64,000 nt of DNA from contig NC_043002.1 in assembly GCF_006345805.1 (NCBI RefSeq), positions 11,904,001-11,968,000 on the forward strand, read 5' to 3'. Every line of letters begins with the position of its first letter. Positions within the stretch are counted from its first letter, which is position 1. The position numbers were made by a program, and so were the translations under genes. This stretch comes from Octopus sinensis (taxonomy: Eukaryota). Of the stretch, positions 24,952-37,510 are shown piece after piece. The notes beneath the pieces are model-generated. The model saw only the letters and a program-made list of their open reading frames with translations. It did not search any database and was not told where the DNA came from.

Positions 24952-25403
24952 GGATCTTTTCGGTTTGAACGGCAGTTTTTTTGAAATAATCTACACGTAA
25001 CTAAACACTTTTAAACTTCGTATACTGGTAGAATGTGTTCATAAAACATCTTTTTTCTCTTGGATTTATTGAGAAAATTCTATAGTTTGTAAGATATTTG
25101 TTATTTTTCTTCTTCAATTTCTGCAATTTCAACCAATCAATGACGTCTATTGAGCTGAAAAAATTCTGTACCGTATGAATATGTCCCTCGTTTAAGAAAC
25201 AGATTGGGTTTATTTACATTTCTGAAGAAAAAAAGATACCCTTCCCCCCACTCCTAACCCTAACCCTAACGTTAACTAACCCTAACTCTCACCCTAAATC
25301 TAAAATAGATTGAAATGCAATAGATCGATACTAGGGTCATAATTATGGGTGATAATTTCATATGAAACCGCTAGAAAAACTGCCGTTCAAACCGAAAAGA
25401 TCC
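24952..25403. mobile_element. MITE with ~29-bp TIRs, an 8-bp TSD and internal (CTAACC)n-like repeats
   Basis: TIRs ggatcttttcggtttgaacggcagttttt and aaaaactgccgttcaaaccgaaaagatcc; TSD catctttc at 24944-24951 and 25404-25411. Confidence 0.85.
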
Positions 25404-26303
25404 CATCTTTCTATATAACTTCGTTATATTTTGACGTCAAAGCTTCGCTATTCAAAAATTTGATAGACAGAAACACGAACGTTTATAGATCTTTCAAACA
25501 TTTTTCGATTTCTCAGCCAACCGTTTTTATAGGCATCTCTGTTAATTTCGAGTTATTTCCATCATCACTTTAGAGGAATCCGACGCGTTTTTTATGTGAT
25601 CATGATAATTAATTACTTAGAAAAGTTTCGGTCAGAAGTAGCCTAGGCTGACTAAATTAAAATCACCACCTGTACAAGATATTTAATCATGTTTCCTATT
25701 ACATTCATATTTAATGCAACATAACCCATTCGTGTAAAGAGTTATTGTTTGTTAAGACATGTTTCTTCCACCACAAACTTTTACTTGGTTGATACAAATA
25801 CCTCAACATTGGCTAAACATTGCATGGTGAAGTGGATATCTTTGTACTTTCGTTTCTATATCCAAAGTGATAATTATTATTTCATCAAGTAATAGTAAGG
25901 CTGTACTGCTTTCCCGATTTTTGTACCTGCATCTGATAAGCACATTGTAATGTTCTATTACCTATTTTCCCTTTATTTTGTATTTGTTTTAATTCTAAGA
26001 TACAGAGATAATTTCCATTGATTATTAAAACTGAATGTTACATATGTATATTCAAAAGTTATTTCCGCTTCTTGCAGACTCGTTTCGATATTTATGTTTC
26101 TTTATTTTTAATCTTTATATAGATTCTTTGCATTGAAATTGAAGCTGAGAGTTTTTTCTCGACACTGCGATATTCATGCGAGAACTTGCAACGCGGCATT
26201 CGCTGTGTATTTATATGCTTCGTGTATTTCCAAGTGCTATTGTTTGATCATAAATTCATTCTCCGTGCCTACTGATTGGGTGGTGTTATCCTAACTTCTT
26301 TGG

Positions 26304-26512
26304 CTCTTTTACTCTTTTACTTGCTTCAGTCATATGACTGTGGCCATGCTGGATCACCGCCTTTAGTCGAGCAAATTGACCCCAGGTCTTATTCTTTGTA
26401 AGCCTAGTACTTATTCTATCGGTCACTTTTGCCAAACCGCTAAGTTACGGGGATGTAAACACACCAGCATCAGTTGTCAAGCGATGTTGGGGGACAAACA
26501 CAGACACACACA

Positions 26513-26588
<76 letters not shown>

Positions 26589-26750
26589 TACGACGGGTTT
26601 CTTTCAGTTTCCGTCTACTAAATCCACTCACAAGGCTTTGGTAGGCCCGAGGCTTTAGTAGAAGACACTTGCCCAAGGTGCCACGCATTGAGACTGAACC
26701 CGGAACCATGTGGTTGGTAAGCAAGCTACTTACCACACAACCACTCCTCT
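26304..26750 (-). mobile_element. Full-length SINE family A
   Basis: Reverse complement of the 30882 copy. Confidence 0.9.
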
Positions 26751-27030
26751 TTATATTATTTTTGTGATGCGGCGTTTGTTCCAGTTTAGTTGAGAGAGCG
26801 TACTATTAATTTACTTGACCCTCATTTTCTCAGTTATTTCTAAACTTGTTTCCAGTAAATACGTTTTGAAGAGACGGCAGCAGCTAATATTTTCGATTCC
26901 AGTATTCAATTGCTACTTAATTTTACACCATCAACCATTAAACATACGGAGTAGCATTGGGAAAATTAACGTAAAATTTTTTCACATAAATTATCAGCCA
27001 CTTAAATTGATAAAAAATAAAATTACGTGG

Positions 27031-27287
27031 AACCTTGGGCGTTTTCTACTATAGCCTCGGGCCGACCAAAACCTTGTGAGTGAATCTGGTTGACAGAAAC
27101 TGAAAGAAGCCCGTCGTTTATATGTATATATACGTATATATATATGTGTGTGAATGTGTGTGTGTATATGTTTGTGTGTCTGTGTTTGTCCCCCCAACAT
27201 CGCTTGTCAACCGATATTGGTGTGTTTACGTCCCCGTAACTTAGCGGTTCGGCAAAAGAGACGAGTAAAAGAGTAAAGAGTAAAAGG
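27031..27287 (+). mobile_element. 5'-truncated, internally deleted SINE-A
   Basis: Core, internal microsatellite and aaagag tail. Confidence 0.8.
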
Positions 27288-27289
27288 AA

Positions 27290-28730
27290 GGTAATTTTAT
27301 AGGAGAACATCGAGTTTTTCTCGGAAATTTTCTGAAATTTCTCATTATCTATGGATTGGACCAGTACAGTTGCTGGCACAGAATCTCGACACGGATTTAT
27401 CCATACAGGGTTAGACTTGCACTGTTTGAATTTGTTATCCGTGGATTGCTCCCCATAGCTTGATGAATTACCAAGTTCTATTGATAATGATGGAGGATCT
27501 GACTGGGATTTACTCCCTTGGTAATCCTCGAGCCATTTTAAGATATTCAGTAGACGCTTCTTGGAATCTTCATTGCTCGTTGTTTCTGTTTGTTGCAATG
27601 TAGATATAACAAAATGTTCACTTGTAGAGCACCAGCCAATCACAATATCGAGTGGATTATTGAATAAATCACGCTATTTACTGAAATCTCGGTCGAAGAT
27701 ATCACTTCATAGATGGAGTGGAGATTCGAACTTCAATTATCCAATCCACCCTCAGAAAATTTCCGCATGTCTTTGTATCATTCTACAAATAAATAATTTC
27801 GACGTATTTCTAGAACATCTTCAGGTTGACGATATTCATTTTGCTCTATTTTAGGCATATAAATGAAGGTTGATGCAATATTACCAAAGAAATTTTGAGT
27901 CACATATTATTTTACTATTCCGGATATTTTTTATATATTCTCTATTTCACTACGAGTATCGCGTCTAAAATTTGATCTTATCTCGATGGCGAGAAAATAA
28001 GTATTAGTCAACGACAGAGCTCAGTTAATTCAAGAATTTCTCTCCGCAAATCTAAAGTAAAAAAGAGTTGAAGTCATTATATAGACGAACTTATAGCTAT
28101 ATTCGAACCCGTCTGCTTAGAGTGGTATGTCTTCGGTGGTTGACATAAAGAGCTACCTATGAGAATCGTTTCGCATCGCACCATCAATATGCGTAATAGA
28201 TATTGCTCATCGCTTTTTGTTCTATGTTTTGGTGCTTGAATTATCAGTTGTGGTGGTTGGTTAAACTGAGGGACACACTCCAGGACCTGAGGTATAAGAG
28301 AATCGTGCCTGCACACGTCAAGCTATTGGACAATCGGAAATCGAAGTAGTCGGCAGCACATTGCACTTAGGTGTTAAGAATGGAACAGATATTAGCTATC
28401 ACAGACACAAAGGTGATCGTAAGCGGACACAAATGTGATGATTAAGTTGAAAGGGGTCAATTGTTCGAAGAGGGGTCTATTTCTGTCTCAAACTAACGTC
28501 TGTTAGATTGAATACTACCATCAATTTTTTGTGAATCGCGTAAGGAAACAACTAGCCAACTCGATAGATATATTCTCTTTTGCTTCTCGTAGAATGGAGA
28601 AACTTGACTGGTCAGGAGGTCTCTCTGCTGTCAACATCCACCGCAGGTTTATAATAGCGTCGTAGTAGTTGAAACGTACGTATCTACTGAGACAACGACA
28701 TCTCGAGAAATTCTTGGATTAGGATGATGG
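27290..28730 (-). pseudogene. Possible decayed coding sequence of unknown origin (S/T/P-rich)
   Basis: Non-repetitive block free of microsatellites. One frame is open for about 115 codons at 27290-27643, and upstream stretches are codon-like with scattered stops. I recognised no family. Confidence 0.3.
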
Positions 28731-28769
28731 GGAACAGGTAATTATTTTGTCCAGGGTGCTAACGATTCT

Positions 28770-29030
28770 GCCAGCTCGCTGTATTGGTAAGCAATAATAT
28801 CTTACCAAAGGTAACGAAAGGATGTCAGAAAGGATTATTTTGCTGCAGAGAACAACCGCTAGTGAAATGAGCTATTGTAGAATACGGTGATAAAAATCAT
28901 GCCTTGGTTTGGACGATCTACTTAAAAGCATTTGATAGCGTTCTACACTACTGGACACGGGAGATGATTTACATAATTAAAACAGCCCCGGTACTAAATA
29001 AAATACATCAGCCAAACCATGTGAATACGG
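28770..29030 (+). mobile_element. R4/Dong-type RT fragment
   Basis: Translation KGCQKGLFCCREQPLVK*AIVEYGDKNHALVWTIYLKAFDSVLHYW resembles QKGC...EQL...WIDYKKAFDSVPH.W. Confidence 0.7.
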
Positions 29031-29250
29031 AAAACGAATATGTTACCGGAAAGAGAAGATAATTAAAACCAGCCTCTGTATGAATATATTGAAACTATTT
29101 ACAAAAGATAAATAATGTAGTTAGAATCCTACTAAAAATTCTTCATAAATTCAGCGAAGACATGAAAATGTCTATTTGATTTGAAAACTGTGCAGAGTCA
29201 CGATAAGAACATACAAATTAACTAAAACTGATAAGATTGACATATAATCC

Positions 29251-29312
<62 letters not shown>

Positions 29313-29710
29313 ATGGATGGTTGAATTTCGAAATCAGAGAATTGGAAAAGAAACGCGTATACAAATATACTTAGGAGTAGATGAAACTGATAAAATATGA
29401 TACATAGAAATGGCAAAGAAAATTAGAAAAGAATTCTATAGAAGTGTATGCCTAATATTCATTTCTGAACTAATGTAAAAATTAAGGAAGAATGTATAAA
29501 TACACTAACCATGGAAATTATGATTCTGTCGCCAGTATAATAAAATGGAAGGACAATTAAGTGAAGCGCATAGGTTGCAATCTTAAATAAAACATGGGAA
29601 TTTCTAGCAGCGTTCTACAGTCCCCACCTCATAATTGACACAGAATATACCAAGTAATATACCAAGTAACCATGGAGGATGAGGCCGCATGCTATTGTAT
29701 AGTAGTAGTA

Positions 29711-29763
<53 letters not shown>

Positions 29764-29943
29764 ATAATAATAATAATAATAATAATATAATAATAATAAT
29801 AATAATAATAATATCCTACGCACAACACTTTCAATACAGTAACCATCTGAGCATCACAAAATACAGCACATACCCAAGGCACACAGAGCTGCGCTCGGTA
29901 GTGAAGTGAAGGCACGATATAAAAATAAAACTGCCGAATAATG

Positions 29944-30002
<59 letters not shown>

Positions 30003-30029
30003 TATAATAATAATAACAATAACAATAAT

Positions 30030-30510
30030 AATAGATCAGACAAAAAAGGTGTGTTGATTAACTGACATGAGTATTCTTTGCGATGACAATATAGCGGCGA
30101 AAGAATTTGACAAGATCAGTAAATATAAAGACTTGCTAATAGAAATTGAAAAAAATGTGACATCTCAAGGTGACTACAGTACCAGTGATTGTAGGATCTC
30201 CAGGAATAAGTAAAAAAAAAGGTACTTAAACCTATTTGAAAATGATACCACGATTACCATCCTTACAAGAAGCGCAAAAAGTCGTGTTAACTGGAACGAC
30301 TCATGTACTGAGAAGAGCATTATCGCTGTGAATAATAACATCCATTCATGAACTTATTTACTTACTAATTTTTAAAAATATATATTTTACCTGAGAATTT
30401 GCGTGTGTAATCTGGGAATGCATACAATGAGCTTCTCTGCCCTAGGTGTACGGAAAACACTCGGCGAGAAACGGAACAAAATTTGAAGAAAGAAGCAAAA
30501 AAAAAATAAT
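30030..30510 (+). mobile_element. R4/Dong-type REL endonuclease C-terminus plus 3' UTR within (TAA)n
   Basis: KEFDKISKYKDLLIEIEKM*HLKVTTVPVIVG...LQEAQKVVLTGTTHVLRRALSL*; trinucleotide arrays on both sides. Confidence 0.85.
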
Positions 30511-30636
30511 AATAACAAGAACAAGAACAAGAACAACATCAACAACAACAACAACAACAATAATAATAACAACAACAACAGCAACAACAACAATAACAAC
30601 AACAACACCAACAGTAACAACAACAACAACAACAAC

Positions 30637-30674
<38 letters not shown>

Positions 30675-30715
30675 TAATAATAATAATAATAATAATGATA
30701 ATAATAATAATGATA

Positions 30716-30800
<85 letters not shown>

Positions 30801-30881
30801 AACAGACAAAGGAAATGTGGCTCAGTACTACGACCGGTGTCCTAACGATTCTGCCAGGTCACCACATTAATAATTTACATA

Positions 30882-31299
30882 GGCGCAGGAGTGGCTGTGT
30901 GGTAAGTAGCTTGTTTACCAACCACATGGTTCCGGTTTCAGTCCGACTGCGTGGCACCTTGGGCAAGTGTCTTCTACTATAGCTTCGGGCCGACCAAAGC
31001 CTTGTGAGTGGATTTGGTTGACGGAAGCTGAAAGAAGCCCGTCGTATATATGTATATATATGTATGTGTGTGTGTGTTTGTGTGAGTGTGTTTGTCCCCC
31101 TAGCTTTGCTTGACAACCGATGCTGGTGTATTTATGTCCCCGTTACTTAGCGGTTCGGCAAAAGAGACCGATAGAATAAGTACTAGGCTTACAAAAGAAT
31201 AAGTCCCGGGGTCGAGTTGCTCGATTAAATGCGGTGCTCCAGCATGGCCGCAGTCAAATGACTGAAACAAGTAAAAGAGTAAAAGAGTAAAAGAGTAAA
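30882..31299 (+). mobile_element. Full-length SINE family A
   Basis: Best-preserved copy; (aaaagagt)n tail. Confidence 0.92.
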
Positions 31300-31319
31300 T
31301 AATAATGATGATAATCCTT

Positions 31320-31449
31320 CCTAGTATAGGAACAAGGCCTGAAATTTGGGGAAGGAGGATAGTCAAATACATCGACCCCAGTACTCAACTGGTACTTGAT
31401 TTATCGACCCCGAAAAGATCAAATGTACAGTCGACCTCGGCGGAATTTG
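31320..31449 (-). mobile_element. SINE-B 3' half
   Basis: cagtcgacctcggcggaatttg core. Confidence 0.75.
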
Positions 31450-31596
31450 CACATATGGTAGTGATGCATGTGTCAAGAGTACCATTATCGGACGGGCAGT
31501 CATGATGGGTATACTGGGCTTCGTATATTTTACCCCAGTGTCACTTTGTTGGCATGCACTGCTCTCTCACTCAATAATAATAGCAATAATAGTAAT

Positions 31597-31691
<95 letters not shown>

Positions 31692-32950
31692 CGTCACCAA
31701 CAAAAAGATACAGGTCTCTTCTTTGCTAGCATATTTTTGTTATCTAAATGCAAGCTATATCTTTTAATCAAATTACATACTTTTACTTTTCTCAGGAACA
31801 TGTTCAACATAAATGTTTTAAAATGATTTTAACTGAAAATGGAAACCGAGTTGTGTTTCCCGCCTGCTGAGGTTCTTAGTTTTCACCCAACGCATTATGC
31901 CTATTCACTTCAAATATCTCACTAAAGTTACCATATACTATTTACCGACTGATACATGCTTGCACAAACGTTTTTTTAGTATATATATATGTATGTGTGT
32001 ATATATAACAAAACATTAAGTGTTTGAAAGTAATTCTTTTCGACAACGACTTGGCTAAATAGGAATAATGACGTCTAAATTGTCTCGCATACCGTGTCTA
32101 ATCTACTGTGTTCTTCACTTTAAATTGATGTTTTCATTACGATAAAAAAAGAAAAACACATCGGCTGGGTTAATCAGGGAATGTTATAGCTTCAAATGAT
32201 GCAGACAGATTATCTTTCTTTGGTGAAATGAAAAGTCTAGGCAGAAACAGAGACAATACAAGACAGGTTTACTTCATACAAAAATAAGTCATATTTTTGT
32301 AGAGTGTCGCTTCTTGTATGTCTTTCTTAAAAAAATAAAAAAAAGAAAGCGAAAACGTTTTGTTTAAAATTGTAGTTGTGCAACAACTAAATAAGTGGTG
32401 AGTAGACAGATGCAAATAATTTCTTTCGATTGATCATTTCTCTAATAAATTAGAAAGTTTGTATCTTCTTGAGAAATATCTCAACGTTCCTGACATAGCT
32501 TCCAAGATACCTCGTCGTCTTGTTGTTATTGAAGTAAATTGGACTTGAGCGTGTGTGTCCTTTTTTCAGGAAGTCGAAACGATTCCAGTTTTATTTAAGT
32601 GGATTTGGTAGACAGAAACTGAAAGAATCCCGACGTTTATATATATATATATATATATATATAAAGTAAATAAACGACACAACGAAGCACCGATATTTTT
32701 TTCATGTTTGTTGCACACACACGCATCTTTAATAGTACATACGCAGTGAAGCTATACATTAGCGTCGTATTTATTACGTTCGCTATTTTCCAGTAAATAT
32801 CGGTGCTTCGTTGTGCCATTTATTTACTTTATATGTATAATTTTACACTCACGGGCTATCCTTTACTGGAAAGCAATACTCTCGTATTGCATTACTATTT
32901 TCATATTATATATATATATATTACTAAACGTTTCAACTGCATGTACTTAT

Positions 32951-33052
32951 CGCGCCACTAATAGTTTCCCGGTACGTTCATCAGGCGTGAATCGTGATTG
33001 GCAATTGACGCCTGATGAACATATGCATGTACGGGAAATAATTAATAGCGCG
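32951..33052. ncRNA. Divergent pair of hammerhead-like motifs
   Basis: Plus strand: acgc-CTGATGA-acat atgc atgt acgg-GAAA-taattaa-TA-gcgc. Minus strand: acgc-CTGATGA-acgtaccgg-GAAA-ctattag-TG-gcgc. Confidence 0.55.
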
Positions 33053-33239
33053 AAAAGCACATTCAGTGGAAACGTTTTGTAATATTGAACTGTCATTGGA
33101 TGGAATACTCTTCGTATTAACCTTTGCGCAGTCGATTTCTTTATATATATATATGTAAGTATGTATGTATTTATGTATGTATGTATATGTATAAACGCCA
33201 TACTGGATCGCTGAATTGTGCCATTGTCTTCCATTCTCT

Positions 33240-33385
33240 CTGTGTGTTTATTTTCTGTTATTCCTTTCTGTTGAGGAGCGTAGGCTCGAAAGGTTAAAGA
33301 CCTTTTCATTTTCCCGAACATCAAACTGATACACTTGCTTGTTGTTCATACACCTGTCTTCGGTCTTTTGTTTTTCTATAAATTT
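33240..33385 (+). mobile_element. PLE-type terminal-repeat fragment with CTGTTGA hammerhead-like motif
   Basis: cttt-CTGTTGA-g-gagc gtag gctc-GAAA-ggtt-aaag; same family as 505-660. Confidence 0.5.
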
Positions 33386-34344
33386 GAACTATTTTTATAT
33401 ATGAGTGTTTGTGTATGTGTGTGTTTGTGTGTGTGTTTGTCTCCATCACCACCACCACTACCACTTGACAAATGGTGATGCTTTACCTACGCTTTTGTAA
33501 CTTGGCAGGTCGACAAAAACAGATCAATAGAATAAATACCAGACTTTAAAAAAAAATAATTCCTGGAGACGATTTTCCTCGCTAAAACCTTTCAAAGGCG
33601 GTCGCAGTCTAATGATCGTAAAAAGTAAAATATAAATGGTTAGACATATTTAAATTACTACTTCTTTTCTTGTTCTTTAGATTCAGATCAGCCTTCATTA
33701 AACAGGCATCTGCCACAAAGAATTTCCGTCTACCAAATTCATTTGAATAAATCGGAAATCGTTGTGAAAAAGGACAGACACCTTAAACTCCAATCACATT
33801 AAATATGAGTGATTGTATCTTTTTACTAATGTGTGATTTGTGGGTTATTTATTTGCTATTACTAGCTGGTTGAGTGACCGTGTGATGTCTCCATCATTGG
33901 TATCGTTATATATTTACAGAATGATATATAGCCGAAATAATATGGCATCAAATTTGTGAGGGGCTTCCTCACAATTTCGATATCCTGAATTTATTCACAA
34001 TGCATTGGTTAGAACGTGTTATACTAGAAGATACTTACACTAGTTACCGAGCAATAAGACTGAATTCGAGTCGAAGTGGTTGTAAAGCGAACTTCTGAAC
34101 CACACAGCTATGCCTAAACCTATATAAATACATAGTTTTCGTAGCATAACATTGCATAAATTCAGTGGAATGAACGTAAATGTCAATGCGGTTCGAATGT
34201 ACTGAAGAGCGGAAATTACCGTGATATATTGGTATCTGTCGCTCTCAATCAATCACAGCGTGATTTCGTTCTGCATGTTTTCAGGTATGCTGTGTATTTA
34301 TGATATGATACACCTAGTTGTTTAGCATTTAACAACACATATAT

Positions 34345-34730
34345 TCTTCTCTGCTATAGGCACAAGGCCCGCTACCGGTAATTAATTTATCAACACCGAA
34401 AGAATGAAAGGCAAAGTCGACCTCGGCAGAATTTGAACTTGGATCGTAAAAACAGAAGAAATACCGCTAAGCATTCCGCCCAGCGTGCTAACGTTTCTAC
34501 CAGCTCGACGCCTTAATATTCTTTTCTACTCTAGGTACAAGGTACTAAATTTTTGGGGAGGGGACCAGTCGATTAGATCGACCCCGCTACGCCACTGGTA
34601 CTTAATTTACGACCTCGAAAGGATGGAAGGCAAAGTCGACCTCGGCGGAATTTGAACTCAGAACGTAAAAACAGACGAAATACCGCTAAACATTTCGCCC
34701 GGCGTGCTAACGTTTCTGTCAGCTCGCCGT
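34345..34730 (-). mobile_element. Tandem pair of SINE-B copies
   Basis: Two heads (cagctcg at about 34505 and 34725) and two cores. Confidence 0.85.
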
Positions 34731-36224
34731 TTTAACCCAAATATATATTAAATATGCGATATCTATAGTGCTTATATTACTGAGTGAAATTTAAAAAAAC
34801 TCTCCCCACATACACTGACACACACACACACCCTCACATGCACGTACACATGCACACACATGCATACATACACACATAATTCATCTTTAAGCAAAGTATA
34901 GTTCGTATTCCACGAGCAGTATTCGACTTTTTCTCTCCAAATGATTTTTAGCCCAATACGTGCTTGCATTAATAATATATAGCTTTATCAACTTCGAGTT
35001 CTAAAGTTAAAAAGGAACTATTTCATGTTCTCACGAAATTTCTACATTCAACAATATATATGAGTGTGTGTATGTGTCTTTATGTGTGTGTGTGTGTATG
35101 TAAGTGTGAGTCTTTGTGTGTGTGTGTGTGTGTATGTGTGTATTTGTGTGTATTTGTGGTGTGTGTGTGTGTGTGTTTGTCCTCTCATCACCATTTCAGA
35201 ATAGGTGTTGCTTTCTTCACGTCCTTGTGTAACTTAGCGGTTCTGCAGAAAAGAAAAAAAAAAGACCGATAAAATTATTACCAAACTTAAATATATAAAA
35301 TAAGTCTTAGCGTCCATTTGTTCGACTAAACCCTTCGAGGTGGTGCACCAGCATGGCCGCAGTCTATTGACTGAAACAGGTAACAGAGAAAAGGAATCAA
35401 TGAAATGGTGTGGTTTTTGTTTGTATGGTGTAGGCTCATTCAACAAAGTATGGTTGAGTGTTGCGCGAGAGATGTATATGAAGATCAATTAGATTAGTTC
35501 GCTGTTTCTTAGTGTTATCGCAGCTTTCGTCAATTCGACGTTAACGCTATCTTCTTTATTACTGTTTCATTCAAAGCTGTAATATTGAACTATATATAAC
35601 GTGTCGGAAACAAGAAGCTGGTTAAAATAATAAAACTTTCCTCGATGTAACTCTTGAAAATAAAATAAAAATGTATGTATATATTGTTTTCACTACTTAT
35701 CACGATGAGAGTGTTTATCATTCAAATTGTATCGTGAATGTTTCATTTTTATAACTGACATTTTCAAGTATATTATAGAAACTGCAGATATCGAAGTACG
35801 TTTTAAAATGAAACGCAAGGTTGGATAAATGATTTGGCTTGCAAAAATCAAGGCTCTTGTGTTCAAAATGATACAGTATCTTTTTTTACTGGTATGTTAT
35901 CCCTCCAATATTTCGCTACAAGAATTATAGGTTCACTTGCGTTACCATCAATGAGTGTTTTACCTGTTTGGCTTTCCATTGGTATACGCTTTAATTTTGT
36001 TATACTGACACACTGCAATAATAGTTTTCTATGTACTGTTTTGGCCCAACGTGGTTCATTCGCAAGATTTTAGGTGAGGTCAAGAATATGGTAAAATCAC
36101 CGGCCCAAAATGCCACCGAGAAGTCATTGATACGAAGCGAATTCCTTGACCACTCAGGCATGTCAGCCTCCACATGTAATCATAATACATAGGCACATAT
36201 AAAGACATGTCTGTATGTACGCAA

Positions 36225-36332
<108 letters not shown>

Positions 36333-36333
36333 G

Positions 36334-36440
<107 letters not shown>

Positions 36441-36454
36441 TTGTGTGTGTGAGA

Positions 36455-36955
36455 GACTCCCTTCGGTCATGAATGACCATGGGATTGCACCTAGAAAGTT
36501 ACCATTCGAGGCACAAGTCTGGGCAAGGTTGCTTATGGAAGACTATCAGTCGTCCATGCATACCACCCTCCCCTCTCCACGCCACCGATGTTTATCCAAG
36601 GGAAAAGCAAAGGCTGATACAGCATGGCACCAGTGACGTCGCAGCTCATTTATTAACGTGCAAGTGACTGAGCATTCCACAGACATGTGTACCCTTAACG
36701 TAGTTCTCGGGGAGGTTCAGCGTGACACAGAGAGTGTGACAAGACTGGCCCTTTGAAATACAGGTAAAACAGAAAAAGGGAGAAAGAGTGAGAGAGAGTT
36801 ATGGTGAAAGAGTACAGCAGGGTTCACCACCAACCCTTGTCAGAGCGTCGTGGAGCTCTAAGTGTTTTCATTCAATAAACACTCACAATGCCCGGCCTGG
36901 GAATAGAAACCGCTATTCTACGACCGCGAGTCCGCTGCCCTAATCACTGGGCAAT
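36455..36955 (-). mobile_element. Chimeric SINE: family C 5' portion fused to family D 3' portion
   Basis: The minus strand reads C body ...cacttgcacgttaat, then D sequence aaatgagctgcgacgtcactggtgcc...gaccgaagggagtc. Confidence 0.85.
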
Positions 36956-36969
36956 ATATATAACCACAC

Positions 36970-37070
<101 letters not shown>

Positions 37071-37104
37071 AAGGTATTACATTTGTATAAACATACACAG
37101 ATCT

Positions 37105-37510
37105 TATAAATACATCTATTCCTATATTCTGTTGTGTCTGGGGAGAGTCATTTTCTTTTTGTGCCTTATTATTTAACACACTCACCGGTAAAATTTCCAC
37201 TTATTCCTTATTTTTATTCTCCTAAAATTTTCGTTGCGTCTTGCAACCTTTTCAATAGTTTTGACTCTCTATAAAGAATCTTGTAAACCAAATCCAAAAA
37301 CGAAATATTCCTATATTTTTTTTACATATAGGAGAAGATGATGAAATGTTCCTGGTGTTAAGATTATTGCAAAAGGTCATGTAGGAGGCCAACTTTCCGA
37401 GTTCTTTTACTGGTCTCAGAGAAGCTGAAGGACCGCTGCAGTAACTGCATAAATCTGAGAGGGGAATAAAACCATAATTAACTAATTCTCCTGTATTTTC
37501 TTTAAATTTA
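37105..37510 (-). mobile_element. Probable LINE 3' remnant (clade uncertain)
   Basis: ORF 37252..37533 has Cys/Trp-containing text (FRFWIWFTRF) resembling a LINE C-terminus; this is weak evidence. Confidence 0.3.
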
